This document shows, piece by piece, positions 31,401 through 46,600 of a stretch of 64,000 nucleotides of DNA (position 1 is the first letter of the stretch; each line of letters opens with the position of its first letter). Position numbers and translations under genes: made by a program. The notes beneath the pieces were generated by a model. It saw nothing but the letters and a program-made list of their open reading frames with translations. It made no database searches and had not been told where the DNA came from. Origin of the DNA: Takakia lepidozioides (taxonomy: Eukaryota; Plantae; Bryophyta); assembly GCA_030704615.1 (NCBI GenBank), contig CM060733.1:68138001-68202000 (forward strand). The letters run 5' to 3'.

Positions 31401-34400
31401 ACCTCGAGGGGTCAGAGAGTATGACTGGAGGGGAGGACTGGATGAGGAGCAGGAAGCTACCCTGTTCGCTGCACACCCAGAGTGGGAGCAGGTTGCAGAG
31501 ATGCGGCTGGAAGGCCTAAGTTGTTTAAGAGGTATCTGCTGTGGTGTAGTGTCAGCAACACCAATTGAAGAGGAAACCAGCAGTTACCCATCACATTTCT
31601 ATGAAGAAAGAGAAGGAGAAATGGAAATCCTAGAGGAACCAGCCACTGTGAGTTTACAGGATGAAGTGGTGACTGGTTGGACAATCACAGCTGATGAGCA
31701 GGTGAGGGAAGTGAATGTGGGAACTGAAGAGGAACCGAGGATGGTGAAGGTAGGAGCTGATTTGGAGCCAGAATTCTTTGAAGAAGCTAAGAGTTTGTTC
31801 ATCAAATACAGAGATGTATTTGCTTGGAGCTACGAGGATCTAAAAGGGATACCACCTGAATCTGTCAGCATAAGATTGAACTGGAACCAGGGTCAGTACC
31901 AATCAAGCAGGCAAGGTACAGAATGAATCCCAACTATGCACAGAAGGTTGGAGAAGAGATCAAGAAGTTGGCTGAGGCTAAGTTTATATACCCAATAGAG
32001 TATACAACTTGGTTGTCACCCATTGTGATAGTTCCCAAGAAGAATGGTAAACTAAGAGTTTGTGTGAACTATAAGAAGTTGAATGCTTGCACGAAGAAAG
32101 ATCCATTTCCCTTGCCATTCACAGAAGCAGTATTGGACACTGTGGCAGGCCATGAGATGTACTCATTCATGGATGGCTTCAGTGGTTATAATCAAGTGCA
32201 AGTGGCAGAAGAAGACCAGGGAAAGACAGCTTTCATCACAGACTGGGGTGCTTATGCATACAAAGTCATGCCCTTTGGACTTTGTAATGCACCAGCAACC
32301 TTTCAGAGAGTGATAAGTGAATCTTTTCATGAGTATCTGGATGATTTCATGCAGGTGTTCTTGGATGATTTCAGTGTGTACAGCTCTAAGAATGAGCACT
32401 TGCATAAATTGGAGTTATGTCTGGCCAGATGCAGGATGAGAGGTCTGGGCCTGAATCCAGAGAAGTGTACTTTCTGTGTGAACTCAGGGGTGCTTTGGGA
32501 CACATTGTGTGTAAGAGGGGACTTCTTGTGGATCCCAGGAAGACAGAGGCCATTAAAGCCTCTCCACCACCAGTAAATGTTAAGAGTCTAAGGAGATTCC
32601 TGGGACAAACCAGCTATTACAGAAGATTTGTCAGACGGTATGCACAGATAGCAGCACCATTGAGCAAACTTCTGAAGAAAGATGCAGTGTTTGCATGGAC
32701 ACCTGAATGTCAACAGGCTTTTGAGGAACTTACATTGTCAGTAACAACTACACCTGTGCTGATTAATCCTCACTGGCAGGAAATATTTCATGTTCACTGT
32801 GATGCTTCAGGAGAAGCACTGGGAGCAGTGTTAGCCCAAAATGTTACAGGAAGGATAGATTCACCTGTGTACTATGCTAGCCGATTGATGAACAATGCCG
32901 AAAGAAATTATAGCACAACGGAAAGAGAAGCATTGGCAATGATCTATGCAGTGAAGAAATTCAGGCATTACCTGTTGGGCAAGAAGTTTATGTTCTATGT
33001 GGATCACCAGGCTCTGATATACCTGGTAAACAAACCTCTGATAAGCGGAAGAATAGCAAGATGGTTGATAATCTTGCACGAGTTTGAGTTCGAGGTTGTT
33101 TACAAGCCTGGGAGGCTGCATCTTGTGGCGGATCACTTGTCACGGTTATCAACAGGAGAACCAGCCACGGGAGTAGATGATCAATTACCAGATGCGAGTC
33201 TATTTGCAGTGGAGGTGCAGGGAAGTGCAGATGACTGGTTAGATTGGCAGTGGCCAATCAGATACTACCTTGCTCATGGTCAGTGCCCACCAAGTTATGG
33301 AAAGGAGCAGAGAAAGAGAATTGCTATCAAGGCTCTACCTTACACTATGGTAGGGAGCAGAATGTATAAGCTAGGACCAGATGGAGTGCTGAAGCGATGC
33401 TTATACCACCATGAAGTAAATAAAGTTTTGGAGGAAGTTCATAAAGGAGTGGCAGGAGGTCATTTTGGAGAAGAGACTACCAGTAGGAAGATACTACTGC
33501 AGGTTACTGGTGGCCTACTTTGTTCAAAGATGTACACAAGTATTGTCAGAGTTGTGATGAATGTCAGAGGCTAGGACCTTTGCAGAGATCTGGGAAGATG
33601 GCTTTGCATCCTACAATGCCTACGGAACCATTTCAGAAATGGGGACTAGACTTTGTTGGACCAATTAACCCACCAGCCAAGAATACACAGAACAGGTACA
33701 TAATTACAGCCACTGATTATACTACGAAGTGGGTGGAAGCTAAAGCTTTGAGGGACAACACAGCCAAGTCCACAGCAAGGTTCCTGTATGAGAACATACT
33801 TACACGATTTGGCTGTCCCTTGGAATTTATCAGTGATCAGGGAAGTCACTTCATTAATGAGACCATTGAATTATTGACTAAAGAGTTCATGATTGTGCAT
33901 AGGAAGAGTACAACATATTACCCACAGGGTAATGGGCAGGCAGAGGCTACCAACAAAATACTATGTACTATCTTGGCTAAGATAGTCAATGCAAACAGAA
34001 CGGATTGGGATACAAAGCTGCTGACAGCTTTGTGGTCATACAGGACTTCATATAAAGTCACCACTAAGTATACACCATTCCAATTAGTTTATGGTATGGA
34101 AGCTTTACTTCCAGTGGAATTCCTGTTACCTACCATGAGAACGGAATGGGGAAAGAGAATGGAATTGCAAGATTCAATTAAGGTCAGGAAACATGAATTA
34201 TACCATGTGGAAGAAGTACGTGCTGATGCAGCTGATAACATGACCAGAATTCAGATGAAGAGAAAGGAACAGTTTGATGAAGGCAAGTTAAAGACTTTTA
34301 AGACGGGAGATTTGGTTCTCTGGTTGCAGAAGAAGGGAAAGATTAAAGCTTCTAAGCTTAAATCACCATGGAAAGGACCTTATGTCATACAGAAGATGTA

Positions 34401-34836
34401 TGATAACAACACCGCCATGTTACAAACCATTAACAAAGAGATGCTGGGAAGAGTCAATGCCAATAAGTTGAAGGGGTACAGTGGTATCCATGACAAACCA
34501 TTGCAGCATGATTTGCATGTTGAAACGCAGAAGCAGTCACGGGCTGCGCCAGTGATACCAACGGAGTATGGAGCACTTGTCGCTAGGCCGAGCATATATG
34601 ACCAGGGCGGGCAGTACAAGCGTGACACAGCCTATCACAGCCCATCACGGCGCGACACAGCCTATCACAGCCCATCAAGGCGCGACACAGCCTATCACAG
34701 CCCACAGACACGGCGGCACAGCCTATCACAGCCCATCACGGTGTCACACAGCCTATCACAACCTACCACAGCGTGTCACAGCCTATCACAGCTTACCACA
34801 GTGCCACACAGCCTATCACAGCGTACCACAGTATGA
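28485..34836 (+). CDS. Gag-Pol polyprotein (copy 1), broken by several single-base frameshifts
   Basis: Acidic/Gly-rich N-terminal extension 28485-29313 (joined by inference). Capsid, three CCHC knuckles, protease VLIDGGSG, RT (FMDGFSGYNQ, FLDD), RNase H (HCDAS, YVDHQAL), integrase (WGLDFVGP, ISDQG, GQAE, GPY). The frameshifts near 31860, 32495 and 33497 are absent in copy 2. Confidence 0.9.
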
Positions 34837-34865
34837 CACAGCCTGTCACAGCTCAACACAGCTAC
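34620..34865 (+). repeat. CACAGCC(TAT) minisatellite at the integrase 3' end; second copy at 42685-42925
   Basis: Read directly; translates as RDTAYHSPS repeats. Confidence 0.9.
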
Positions 34866-37800
34866 TGGGGTTACACAGTCCATAGAATCAGTGACAGATG
34901 GACGTGGGTTAACATCCGGAGAGTGGCCGGCGGAAAAGTGGACGAAGGCACGTTTAGAATTTAGAAATGGACACGTGGACGCAGGGCGAGACACACAGCC
35001 GGACATGGATTGCAAGGCGAGTGTCATCAAGGAAGAAGACAAAATTGGCCGTCAAAGTACCTACCGGCACATTAACTTATTATGGGCCCATTAATGATTA
35101 ATGAATACGGGGAAAGGGTAACGGAACCCTTTAAAAGTACCAAAAAGCGAAATCCATGTCACATGTGCTATCCTAGTGGACAGTCCAGAGTGGAAAATCC
35201 ATGGAAGGAAATTAAATCTAAAATCCAGTCACAACAGTTACAGCCAATCATAAGCCAGAAGCAGGATCAAGAAATTGGAGGGATTTTAAGCGCAAGAGTC
35301 GGCGTCGTTCCAAGTAACGGGCGTCTCGACGGGACAGACCATCAATGCTATAGCTTTGAAGCTATGGAGGAACTAACAGACTATACGCTCGCGATACTAC
35401 TTACGCAGTGGCACGGGGATAGAAGAACAGAGAGTATCTTTTCTCTTAATCGATGCTTGCAAGCCCCGCAGGCTTACAAGAAATTACCCATAGCATTTTG
35501 TGGCAACCATACGTTTATGCTTTGTGCCCTGCAGGCATTTCTTCAATTGTTACAGCAAAAACCTTTGTGGGTCTAGAATGAGAGAGTGAGAGGAATGAAG
35601 AGGAAGAAATCAGGGTGAAGAGCACCACAATCCTGCAGAAACAAACGATTGCTACTCCACAGGCGGTACAGTTACTGAAGGAGCTGCGATTAGAAGGATT
35701 GCAAAGCAAAGATTGGACATTGCACCATAGGCAGTACATGTTACAATTCTTGCAGAACTTTGAGCCTAGGACAGCAACAACGGTGAAGGGAGTTGAATTA
35801 GAAATTACTCCCTATACTACAGCAATTGTTTGAATTGCCATCAGGTCAGGTGCATGTGGAGGAGCACAGGGCAAGACTGCAAATAGGGACTTATTCCAAG
35901 AAGGGAGTTTCTTTAAAACTCAGGGTTATGCTTGTACCAAGGCCGTGTACCCAGGGCTAAGAGAGGTAGGCCAGGTATTGAACGTTCTGTTTGCCATGAA
36001 ACAGAACCAACAGTATTTGAGCAGATCCTTCACAGAGGAAATACTCAAAGCCCTGAGAGGAGAAGAGGTAGCTTGGGCGGACATAATGTACAACGGACTG
36101 GTAGAGGAGATGAAGAGATTACAAGGCACTGCCGCAAAGTCTCCTATCATAGTGTCTGGGCCAATCATTGCACAAATTAATTCTTGACTCTTGCATACTT
36201 GATGCGAGAGAAAGGAAGGAGATGGGAGTGTTTGAGACAGAAACCAACTGCAATGGAAGAGCAAGGCTCTTCACAGGGTGAGGGGGGATGGCAGGCAACA
36301 ACAGCCTAAGAGGGCGAGGAAAGCAATACATAGTGGCGGAAACCATTGCACGGAGACCGCCAATGATAAGTTTCCCAAGCTCTTGTGCAAGAGGGGGGCA
36401 CAGCAGCACAGAGAGATGTGGTACAAACAAGCAACCTTCAGAGAGGGAAAGGGTTACTTCAGTATCACAGCCATCACAGCCAGATGATCGGCTTGTCACA
36501 GAGTTACCACAAGTTGTCCATGCAGTTCCACCACAAATAATTGATTTGGAGAAAGAAGGGTTAGATATCCCCACTACAGAACAGGTGGTGGCAGAAATTG
36601 AGAAGGGGGACCTTCTCTATGAAAATTCTGGTTTGGTCAGGGAACAATGATTCCGGAGGTGCAGCGGTTGTCCAGGGGAAACCCTGCTGTGCATGTAATA
36701 CCCACACCTGTGACGGAGGTACCACAGGTAGAATGTCAAGACACTGCAGCACCTGTGAGCGGATGAAGTGGTTCAGGAAGAAAATATGGTGGTGGGCAAT
36801 GGCCTGAATGGTTCGTGAGGCATCACACTGTTGAGGATCAGGGAGAACAGCAGCAAGCTCACCATGATGACCCTCAACAGGCCATGCTTATGAGTTCCAT
36901 AAGCAGGACACTTAATTTGTTGGGCACTTATGTCAAATCCATGTTCCAACTACCCAATTGGCAGCTTTGAGGGGGAACTCAGGAAGGAGTTTGAGGCTCG
37001 ACTTGCCACTGAGTGTGCAAACAAGGTCGATGAGGAGGTCACTCTCAAGATACAGCAAGACTTAGAGAGTACAAAGCTGCTTTGCAATTGCCAAGGAACA
37101 ATTGATTGAGGCAGGCCTCGCGCAAGACCAGTTGCACGAAGCACATAAGCAACAGCTACTATACCAATGCAGGTGAAGCATGAGAAGCAAGTTGCAAGAA
37201 GTGAATGCACTACATACGGAGTTGCAAGACAGTGCATGACAGGATGGCCATACAATGTGCTACACTCACAACTACGCTTGAGCAAACTACATTAGAAGTT
37301 AACAACCAAGCGGAAAGATGTATGAAGGCACAGGCAGATAATCTCGAGCAGACGAAACTCATTATTGATATGAAGAATAAATCTGTCGCAACGAGAATAC
37401 TTTCAAGCAATACAGGCAGGTGAAGCTGACCAAGAGAGTAGGACATTGGATTGCAACAAACGCTCATGTCCAATAGAAATGAACTCTCTGTGGCTAACAA
37501 GGCTTGGAAGGAAGCCAATAATCTGGCTGCTGCATATGCGAATTTGGTTGAACCTCATGCGAAGCGCATGGAGGCTTTAAAGCAGCAGATAGATGTGTAC
37601 AGGCTCACAGAGGAGCAGACTCTCAGGGGTACCACAAGCAACTTGGTGGATAACCACCTTATGGGTCTGGTTAGCACAAGGGCCGGTGGAAGGCAAAGCA
37701 CCGAAAAGCTCACCAAAGCGAGATGAATGAGCTCAGACTGCATGCAGGTGCAGAACACATTGCCACAACTACTATAGACAATGTCTATAGTAGGATAGCG

Positions 37801-38177
37801 GAGAGTTACAAGAGGATGTAGACGGCCTGCAGACTCAGGTGGAGGACCTCACTTAAATATCGACAAGAGAGTCTTTGTACCTGAGGAGCAGCTGATGGCT
37901 TCTTATTTACATGCCAGAACTTGGCTTTTCAGTTTCTTCGCAGGGGGGTGGGCAGGAGATTGCCAGTGGTACAAGAGCCAGTGCCACCAAGACCAAAAAC
38001 AAGTCACTCTATGACAGAGTAGCTGACCCTGTGTTACTACAGCCACACCACAGCCACCACAGCCTGAGGTATGGGGGGGGGGATGCTGCTTAAACCCACC
38101 TAAAAATCATGCTGCACGGGAGTCAGTCGGGCTATGATTATGCCCTTCAAACCAATTCCCATGTGTTGGATTGGCTG

Positions 38178-38677
38178 NNNNNNNNNNNNNNNNNNNNNNN
38201 NNNNNNNNNNNNNNNNNNNNNNNNNNNNNNNNNNNNNNNNNNNNNNNNNNNNNNNNNNNNNNNNNNNNNNNNNNNNNNNNNNNNNNNNNNNNNNNNNNNN
38301 NNNNNNNNNNNNNNNNNNNNNNNNNNNNNNNNNNNNNNNNNNNNNNNNNNNNNNNNNNNNNNNNNNNNNNNNNNNNNNNNNNNNNNNNNNNNNNNNNNNN
38401 NNNNNNNNNNNNNNNNNNNNNNNNNNNNNNNNNNNNNNNNNNNNNNNNNNNNNNNNNNNNNNNNNNNNNNNNNNNNNNNNNNNNNNNNNNNNNNNNNNNN
38501 NNNNNNNNNNNNNNNNNNNNNNNNNNNNNNNNNNNNNNNNNNNNNNNNNNNNNNNNNNNNNNNNNNNNNNNNNNNNNNNNNNNNNNNNNNNNNNNNNNNN
38601 NNNNNNNNNNNNNNNNNNNNNNNNNNNNNNNNNNNNNNNNNNNNNNNNNNNNNNNNNNNNNNNNNNNNNNNNNNNNN
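38178..38677. other. Assembly gap (500 N)
   Basis: Run of N. Confidence 1.
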
Positions 38678-38694
38678 GTGGGGGGTGGTGCCTG

Positions 38695-41600
38695 GGAGAT
38701 ATGAGAAGGAACTGAACAAGGAAGTGGCAGATACCATAAGGGAAATGCAGAAGAATACTGATATTCCTGTGGCAGATCCTCTGATTCTGATGGAGAAGAA
38801 GGAAGTGTGAGAGGATGAAAGGAAGAAGAAGAAGGAAGCAGACATGCAAAGTAATGAAGGACTTTGGCTGAAGTAATATGCCAGACCAAGCAGAGATTAC
38901 CATTGACAGCTATTGGCTTTGTGCACCTTATTGTAGACACAGGCTGTATCAGCAATCAATCGAATTGCCCAGGAGACAGAAACACAGACGTGAATAGCAA
39001 GGTGACCAGTTATAATGTGAAGCCGGAAGGGCGAGAAACAGTCATGGACTTTGGATGATTCTATGCAGTAATCCAAGTGAAATTGGAAGATAGAACTAAC
39101 TGATGTACTGATAGATGGAGGCTCTGGAGTAAATATCATGACAGACCAATTAAGGAAGGAAGCCTTGGTCTAAGTAACATGACACCAGCCCCCATTTACA
39201 GTAACATGCGCAGATTCAACGAGTGTACAGCCATGGGATTGATAAGAGGAGTTAAGATACAAATACAGAAGATGATCTTTAGATCATAGTAACTGTGTTG
39301 AAGATGGATGAAGTCATGGAGGATTACTCCTTATTATTGGGACGTTCGTGGCTGAAACAGGCCAGGGTATTCCATGACTGGAATTCTCAGTTACTAACTG
39401 TGCATAATGGGATGCACGAGATACAAATTACCCAAAAGAAATCTAGTAGATTACCTGCTACGAGAAGACCTCGAGGGGTCAGAGAGTATGACTGGAGGGA
39501 GGACTGGATGAGGAGCAGGGAAGCTACCGTTCGCTGCACACCCAGAGTGGGAGCAGGTTGCAGAGATGCGGCTGGAAGGCCTAAGTTGTTTAAGAGGTAT
39601 CTGCTGTGGTGTAGTGTCAGCAACACCAATTGAAGAGGAAACCAGCAGTTACCATCACATTTCTATGAAGAAGAGAAGGAGAAATGGAAATCCTAGAGGA
39701 ACCAGCCACTGTGAGTTTACAGGATGAAGTGGTGACTGGTTGGACAATCACAGCTGATGAGCAAGTGAGGGGAAGTGAATGTGGGAACTGAAGAGGAACC
39801 GAGGATGGTGAAGGTAGGAGCTGATTTGGAGCCAGAATTCTTTGAAGAAGCTAAGAGTTTGTTCATTCAAATACAGAGATGTATTGCTTGGAGCTACGAG
39901 GATCTAAAAGGGGATACCACCTGAAATCTGTCAGCATAAGATTGACTGGAACCAGGGTCAGTACCAATCAAGCAGGCAAGGTACAGAATGAATCCCAACT
40001 ATGCACAGAAGGTTGGAGAAGAGATCAAGAAGTTGGCTGAGGCTAAGTTTATATACCCATAGAGTATACAACTTGGTTGTCACCCATTGTGATAGTTCCC
40101 AAGAAGAATGGTAAACTGAGAGTTTGTGTGAACTATAAGAAGCTGAATGCTTGCACGAAGAAAAGATCCATTTCCCTTTGCCATTCACAGAAGCAGTATT
40201 GGACACTGTGGCAGGCCATGAGATGTACTCATTCATGGATGGCTTCAGTGGTTATAATCAAGTGCAAGTGGCAGAAGAAGACCAGGGAAAGACAGCTTTC
40301 ATCACAGACTGGGGTGCTTATGCATACAAAGTCATGCCCTTTGGACTTTGTAATGCACCAGCAACCTTCAGAGAGTGATAAGTGAATCTTTTCATGAGTA
40401 TCTGGATGATTTCATGCAGGTGTTCTTGGATGATTTCAGTGTGTACAGCTCTAAGAATGAGCACTTGCATAAATTGGAGTTATGTCTGGCCAGATGCAGA
40501 ATGAGAGGTCTGGGCCTGAATCCAGAGAAATGTACTTTCTGTGTGAACTCAGGGGTGCTTCTGGGACACATTGTGTGCAAGAAGGGACTTCTTGTGGATC
40601 CCAGAAAGACAGAGGCCATTAAAGCCTCTCCACCACCAGTAAATGTTAAGAGTCTAAGGAGATTCCTGGGACCAAACCAGCTATTACAGAAGATTTGTCA
40701 GACGGTATGCACAGATAGCAGCACCATTGAGCAAACTTCTGAAGAAAGATGCAGTGTTTGCATGGACACCTGAATGTCAACAGGTTTTGAGGAACTTACA
40801 TTGTCTCAGTAACAACTACACCTGTGCTGATTAATCCTCACTGGCAGGAAATATTTCATGTTCACTGTGATGCTTCAGGAGAAGCACTGGGAGCAGTGTT
40901 AGCCAAAATGTTACAGGAAGGATAGATTCACCTGTGTACTATGCTAGCGATTGATGAACAATGCGAAAGAAATTATAGCACAAGGAAAGAGAAGCATGGC
41001 AATGATCTATGCAGTGAAGAAATTCAGGCATTACCTATTGGGCAAGAAGTTTATGTTCTATGTGGATCACCAGGCTCTGATATACCTGGTAAACAAACCT
41101 CTGATAAGCGGAAGAATAGCAAGATGGTTGATAATCTTGCACGAGTTTGAGTTCGAAGTTGTTTACAAGCCTGGAGGCTGCATCTTGTGGCGGATCACTT
41201 GTGCACGGTTATCAACAGGAGAACCAGCCACGGGAGTAGATGATCAATTACCAGATGCGAGTTATTTGCAGTGGAGGTGCAGGGAAGTGCAGATGATTGG
41301 TTTAGATTGGCAGTGGCCAATCAGATACTACCTTGCTCATGGTCAGTGCCCACCAAGTTATGGAAAGGAGCAGAGAAAGAGAATTGCTATCAAGGCTCTA
41401 CCTTACACTATGGTAGGGAGCCGAATGTATAAGCTAGGACCAAGATGGAGTGCTGAAGCGATGCTTGTACCACCATGAAGTAAATAAAGTTTTGGAGGAA
41501 GTTCAAAAGGAGTGGCTGGAGGTCATTTTGGAGAAGAGACTACCAGTAGGAAGATACTACTGGCAGGTTACTGGTGGCCTACTTTGTTCAAAGATGTACA

Positions 41601-42700
41601 CAAGTATTGTCAGAGTTGTGATGAATGTCAGAGGCTAGGACCTTTGGAAGAGATCTGGGAAGATGGCTTTGCATCCTACAATGCCTACGGAACCATTTCA
41701 GAAATGGGGACTAGACTTTGTTGGACCAATTAACCCACCAGCCAAGAATACACAGAACAGGTACATAATTACAGCCACTGATTATACTACGAAGTGGGTG
41801 GAAGCTAAAGCTTTGAGGGACAACACAGCCAAGTCCACAGCAAGGTTCTTGTATGAGAACATACTTACACGATTTGGCTGTCCTTTGGAATTTATCAGTG
41901 ATCAGGGAAGTCACTTCATTAATGAGACCATTGAATATTGACTAAGAGTTCATGATTGTGCATAGGAAGAGTACAACATATTACCCACAGGGTAATGGGC
42001 AGGCAGAGGCTACCAACAAAATACTATGTACTATCTTGGCTAAGATAGTCAATGCAAACAGAACGGATTGGGATACAAAGCTGCTGACAGCTTTGTGGTC
42101 ATACAGGACTTCATATAAAGTCACCACTAAGTATACACCATTCCAATTAGTTTATGGTATGGAAGCTTTACTTCCAGTGGAATTCCTGTTTACCTACCAT
42201 GAGAATGGGATGGGGAAAGAGAATGGAATTGCAAGATTCAATTAAGGTCAGGAAACATGAATTATACCATGTGGAAGAAATACGTGCTGATGCAGCTGAT
42301 AACATAACCAGAATTCAGATGAAGAGAAAGGAACAGTTTGATGAAGGAAAGTTAAAGACTTTTAAGACGGGAGATTTGGTTCTTTGGTTGCAGAAGAAGG
42401 GAAAGATTAAAGCTTCTAAGCTTAAATCACCATGGAAAGGACCTATGTCATACAGAAGATGTATGATAACAACACCGCCATGTTACAAACCATTAACAAG
42501 AGATGCTGGGAGAGTCAATGCCAATAAGTTGAAGGGGATACAGTGGTATCCATGACAAACCATTGCAGCATGATTTGCATGTTGAAACGCAGAAGCAGTC
42601 ACGGGCTGCGCCAGTGATACCAACGGAGTATGGAGCACTTGTCGCTAGGCCGAGCATATATGACCAGGGCGGGCAGTACAAGCGTGATACAGCCTATCAC
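38695..42700 (+). pseudogene. Second, indel-rich copy of the Gypsy pol region
   Basis: Near-identical to ~30625-34640, with many 1-bp indels concentrated near the gap. Confidence 0.85.
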
Positions 42701-43628
42701 AGCCCATCACGGCGCGACACAGCCTATCACAGCCCATCAAGGCGCGACACAGCCTATCACAGCCCAACACGACACGGCACAGCCTATCACAGCCCATCAC
42801 GGTGTCACACAGCCTATCACAACCTACCCAGCGTGTCACAGCCTATCACAGCTTACCACAGTGCCACAACAGCCTATCACAGCGTACCACAGTATGACAC
42901 AGCCTGTCACAGCTCAACACAGCTTACTGGGGATACACAGTCCATAGAATCCGTGACAGATGGACGTGGGTTAACATCCGGAGAGTGGCCGGTGGAAAAG
43001 TGGACGGAGGCACGTTTAGAAATGGACACGTGGACGCCAGGGCGAGACACACAGCCGGACATGGATTGCAAAGGCGAGTGTCATCAAGGAAGAAGACAAA
43101 ATTGGCCGTCAAAGTACCTACCCGGCACATTAACTTATTATGGGCCCATTAATGAATACGGGGAAAGGGTAACGGAACCCTTTAAAAGTACCAAAAAGCG
43201 AAATCCATGTCACATGTGCTATCCTAGTGGACAGTCCAGAGTGGAAAATCCATGGAAGGAAATTAAATCTAAAATCTAGTCACAACAGTTACAGCCAATC
43301 ATAAGCCAGAAGCAGGATCAAGAAATTGGAGGGATTTTAAGCGCAAGAGTCGGCGTCGTTCTAAGTAACGGGCGTCTCGACGGGACAGACCATCAATGCT
43401 ATAGCTTTGAAGCTATGGAGGAACTAACAGACTATACGATCGCGATACTACTTACGCAGTGGCACGGGGATAGAAGAACAGAGAGTATCTTTTCTCTTAA
43501 TCGATGCTTGCAAGCCCCGCAGGCTTACAGAAATTACCATAGCATTTTGTGGCAACCATACGTTTATGCTTTGTGCCCTGCAGGCATTTCTTCAATTGTT
43601 ACAGCTAAAACCTTTATGTGGGTCTAGA

Positions 43629-46600
43629 ATGAAGAGAGTGAGAGGAATGGAAGAAATAGGGTGAAGAGCACCACAATCCTGCAGAGAAACAAACGATGGC
43701 TACTCCACAGGCGGTACAGTTACTGAAGGAGCTGCGATTAGAAGGATTGCAAAGCAAAGATTGGACATTGCACCATAGGCAGTACATGTTACAATTCTTG
43801 CAGAACTTTGAGCCTAGGACAGCAACAACGGTGAAGGGAGTTGAATTAGAAGTTACTCCCCTATACCTACAGCAATTGTTTGAATTGCCATCAGGTCAGG
43901 TGCATGTGGAGGAGCACAGGGCAAGACTGCAAATAGGGGACTTATTCCAAGAAGGGAGTTTCTTTAAAACTCAGGGTTATGCTTGTACCAAGGCCGTGTA
44001 CCCAGGGCTAAGAGAGGTAGGCCAGGTATTGAACGTTCTGTTTGCCATGAAATAGAACCAACAGTATTTGAGCAGATCCTTCACAGAGGAATACTCAAAG
44101 CCCTGAGAGGAGAAGAGGTCGCATGGGCGGACATAATGTACAACGGACTAGTAGAGGAGATGAAGAGATTACAAGGCACTGCCGCAAAGTCTCTATCATA
44201 GTGTCTGGGCCAATCATTGCACAAATTATTCTAGACTCATGCATACTTGATGCGAGAGAAAGGAAGGAGATGGGAGTGTTTGAGACAGCAACCACTGCAT
44301 AGAAGAGCAAGGTTCTTCACAGGGTGAAGGGGGATTGGCAGAGCATCAACAGCCTAAGAGGCAGAGGAAAGCAATCACATAGAAGCAGAACCATTGCTAG
44401 GAGACAGCCAGAGGAAGAAGTTACTCATACTCTTGTGCAAGAGGGGGCACAGCAGCACAGAGAGATGTGGGTACAAAACAACGCAAACCTGTGGAGAGAG
44501 AACAGGGGTTACTTCAGTATCAAAACCATCACAGCCAGATGATCGGCTTGTCACAGAGTTACCACAAGTTGTCCATGCAGTTCCACCACAAATAATTGAT
44601 TTGGAGAAGAAGGGTTAGATATCCCCACTACAGAACAGGTGGTGGCAGAAATTGAGAAGGGGGACCTTCTCTATGAAAATTCTGGTTTGGTCAGGGAAAC
44701 AGTGATTCCGGAGGTGCAGCGGTTGTCCAGGGGAAACCCTGCTGTTGTTGTAATACCCACACCTCTGACGGAGGTACCACAGGTAGAATGTCAAGACACT
44801 GCTGCACCTGTGGCGAATGAAGTGGTTCAGGAAGAAAATCTGGTGGGGCAATGGCCTGAATGGTTCGTGAGGCATCACACTATTGAGGATCAGGGGAACA
44901 GCAGCAAGCTCACCATGATGACCCTCAACAGGCCATGCTTATGAGTTCCATAAGCAGGACACTTAATTTGTTGGGCACTTATGTCAAATCCCATGTTCCA
45001 TCTACCCAATTGGCAGCTTTGAGGGAGGAACTCAGGAAGGAGTTTGAGGCTCGACTTGCCACTGAGTGTGCAAACAAGGTTGATGAGGAGGTCACTATCA
45101 AGTTACAGCAAGAGTTAGAGGATACAACAGCTGCTTTGCAATTGGCCAATGAACAATTGATTGAGCCAGGCCTTGCGCAAGACCAGTTGCACGAAGCACA
45201 TAAGCAACAGCTATACCAAATGCAGGTGAAGCATGAAAGCAAGTTGCAAGAAGTGAATGCACTACATACGGAGTTGCAGACAGTGCATGACAGGATGGCC
45301 ATACAATGTGCTACACTCACAACTACGCTTGAGCAAACTACATTAGAAGTTAACAACCAAGCGGAAAGATGTATGAAGGCACAGGCTGATAATCTCGAGC
45401 AGACGAAACTCATTATTGATATGAAGAATACAATTTGTCGCAACGAGAATACTTTCAAGCAATACAGGCAGGTTGAAGCTGACCAAGAGAGGTACATCCT
45501 GGAATTGCAACAAACGCTCATGTCCAATAGAAATGAACTCTCTGTGGCTAACAAGGCTTGGAAGGAAGCCAATAATCTGGCTGCTGCATATGCGAGTTTG
45601 GTTGAACCTCATGCGAAGCGCATGGAGGCTTTACAGCAGCAGATAGATGTGTACAGGCTCACGGAGGAGCAGACTCTCAGGGGTACCACAAGCAACTTGG
45701 TGGATAACCACCTTATGCAGGTCTGGTAAGCACAAGGGCCGGTGGAAGGCAAAGCACCACGAAAGCTCACCCAAAGCGAGATGAATGAGCTCAGACTGCA
45801 GGTGCAGGTGCAGAACATTGCCACAACTACTATAGACAATGTCTATAGTAGGATAACGGAGTTACAGGAGGATGTAGACGGCCTGCAGACTCAGGTGGAG
45901 GACCTCACTTCAAATATCGACAAGAGAGTCTTTGTACCTGAGGAGCAGCTGGTGGCTTCTTATTTACATGCCAGAACTTTGGCTTTTCAGTCTTCTTCGT
46001 AGGGGGTGCAGGAGATGCCAGTGGTACAAGAGCCAGTGCCACCAAGACCACAACAAATCACTATGACAGTAGCTGACCCTGTTGTTACTACAGCCACACC
46101 ACAGCCACCATAGCCTGAGGTATGGGGGGATGCTGCTTTTAACCCACCTAAAACTCATGCTGCACGGGAGTACAGTCGGGCTATGATTATGCCCTTCAAC
46201 CAAATTCCCATTGTGTTGGATTTGGCTTGGAAGGAATTTAGTCCTCCATAGTCGTTGGCACATTACTACCAGATCATGCGCATTTGGCTGCCAGTGGCAA
46301 CTAGGACTAAGGTTCTTCCGAACAATCGACCCATTGAGGATCATCACTTTGCGAGGTACTGGCATGAGGCAAGTACCATGTTGAAGGAATTAATTTCCTT
46401 CCAAGTTGTACATGGGTACATTTATACCAAGACCAAGGAGGTAGCAAGTATTGTCATGGGCTGCGGGTTATACTATGCAGCTTGTTTTTTGGCACGTTAT
46501 CACATTGAGCAGCAGAAGATGCAATCGCGCTTTCTGAGTTATTCCAGTGGGGATCATTGGGTCTTACCTTCAGTGCCACCTCATATGTACCTCTATGATG

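Noticed and set aside
38100-38955. Long ORFs across the N run
   Set aside because: Artefacts of translating N.
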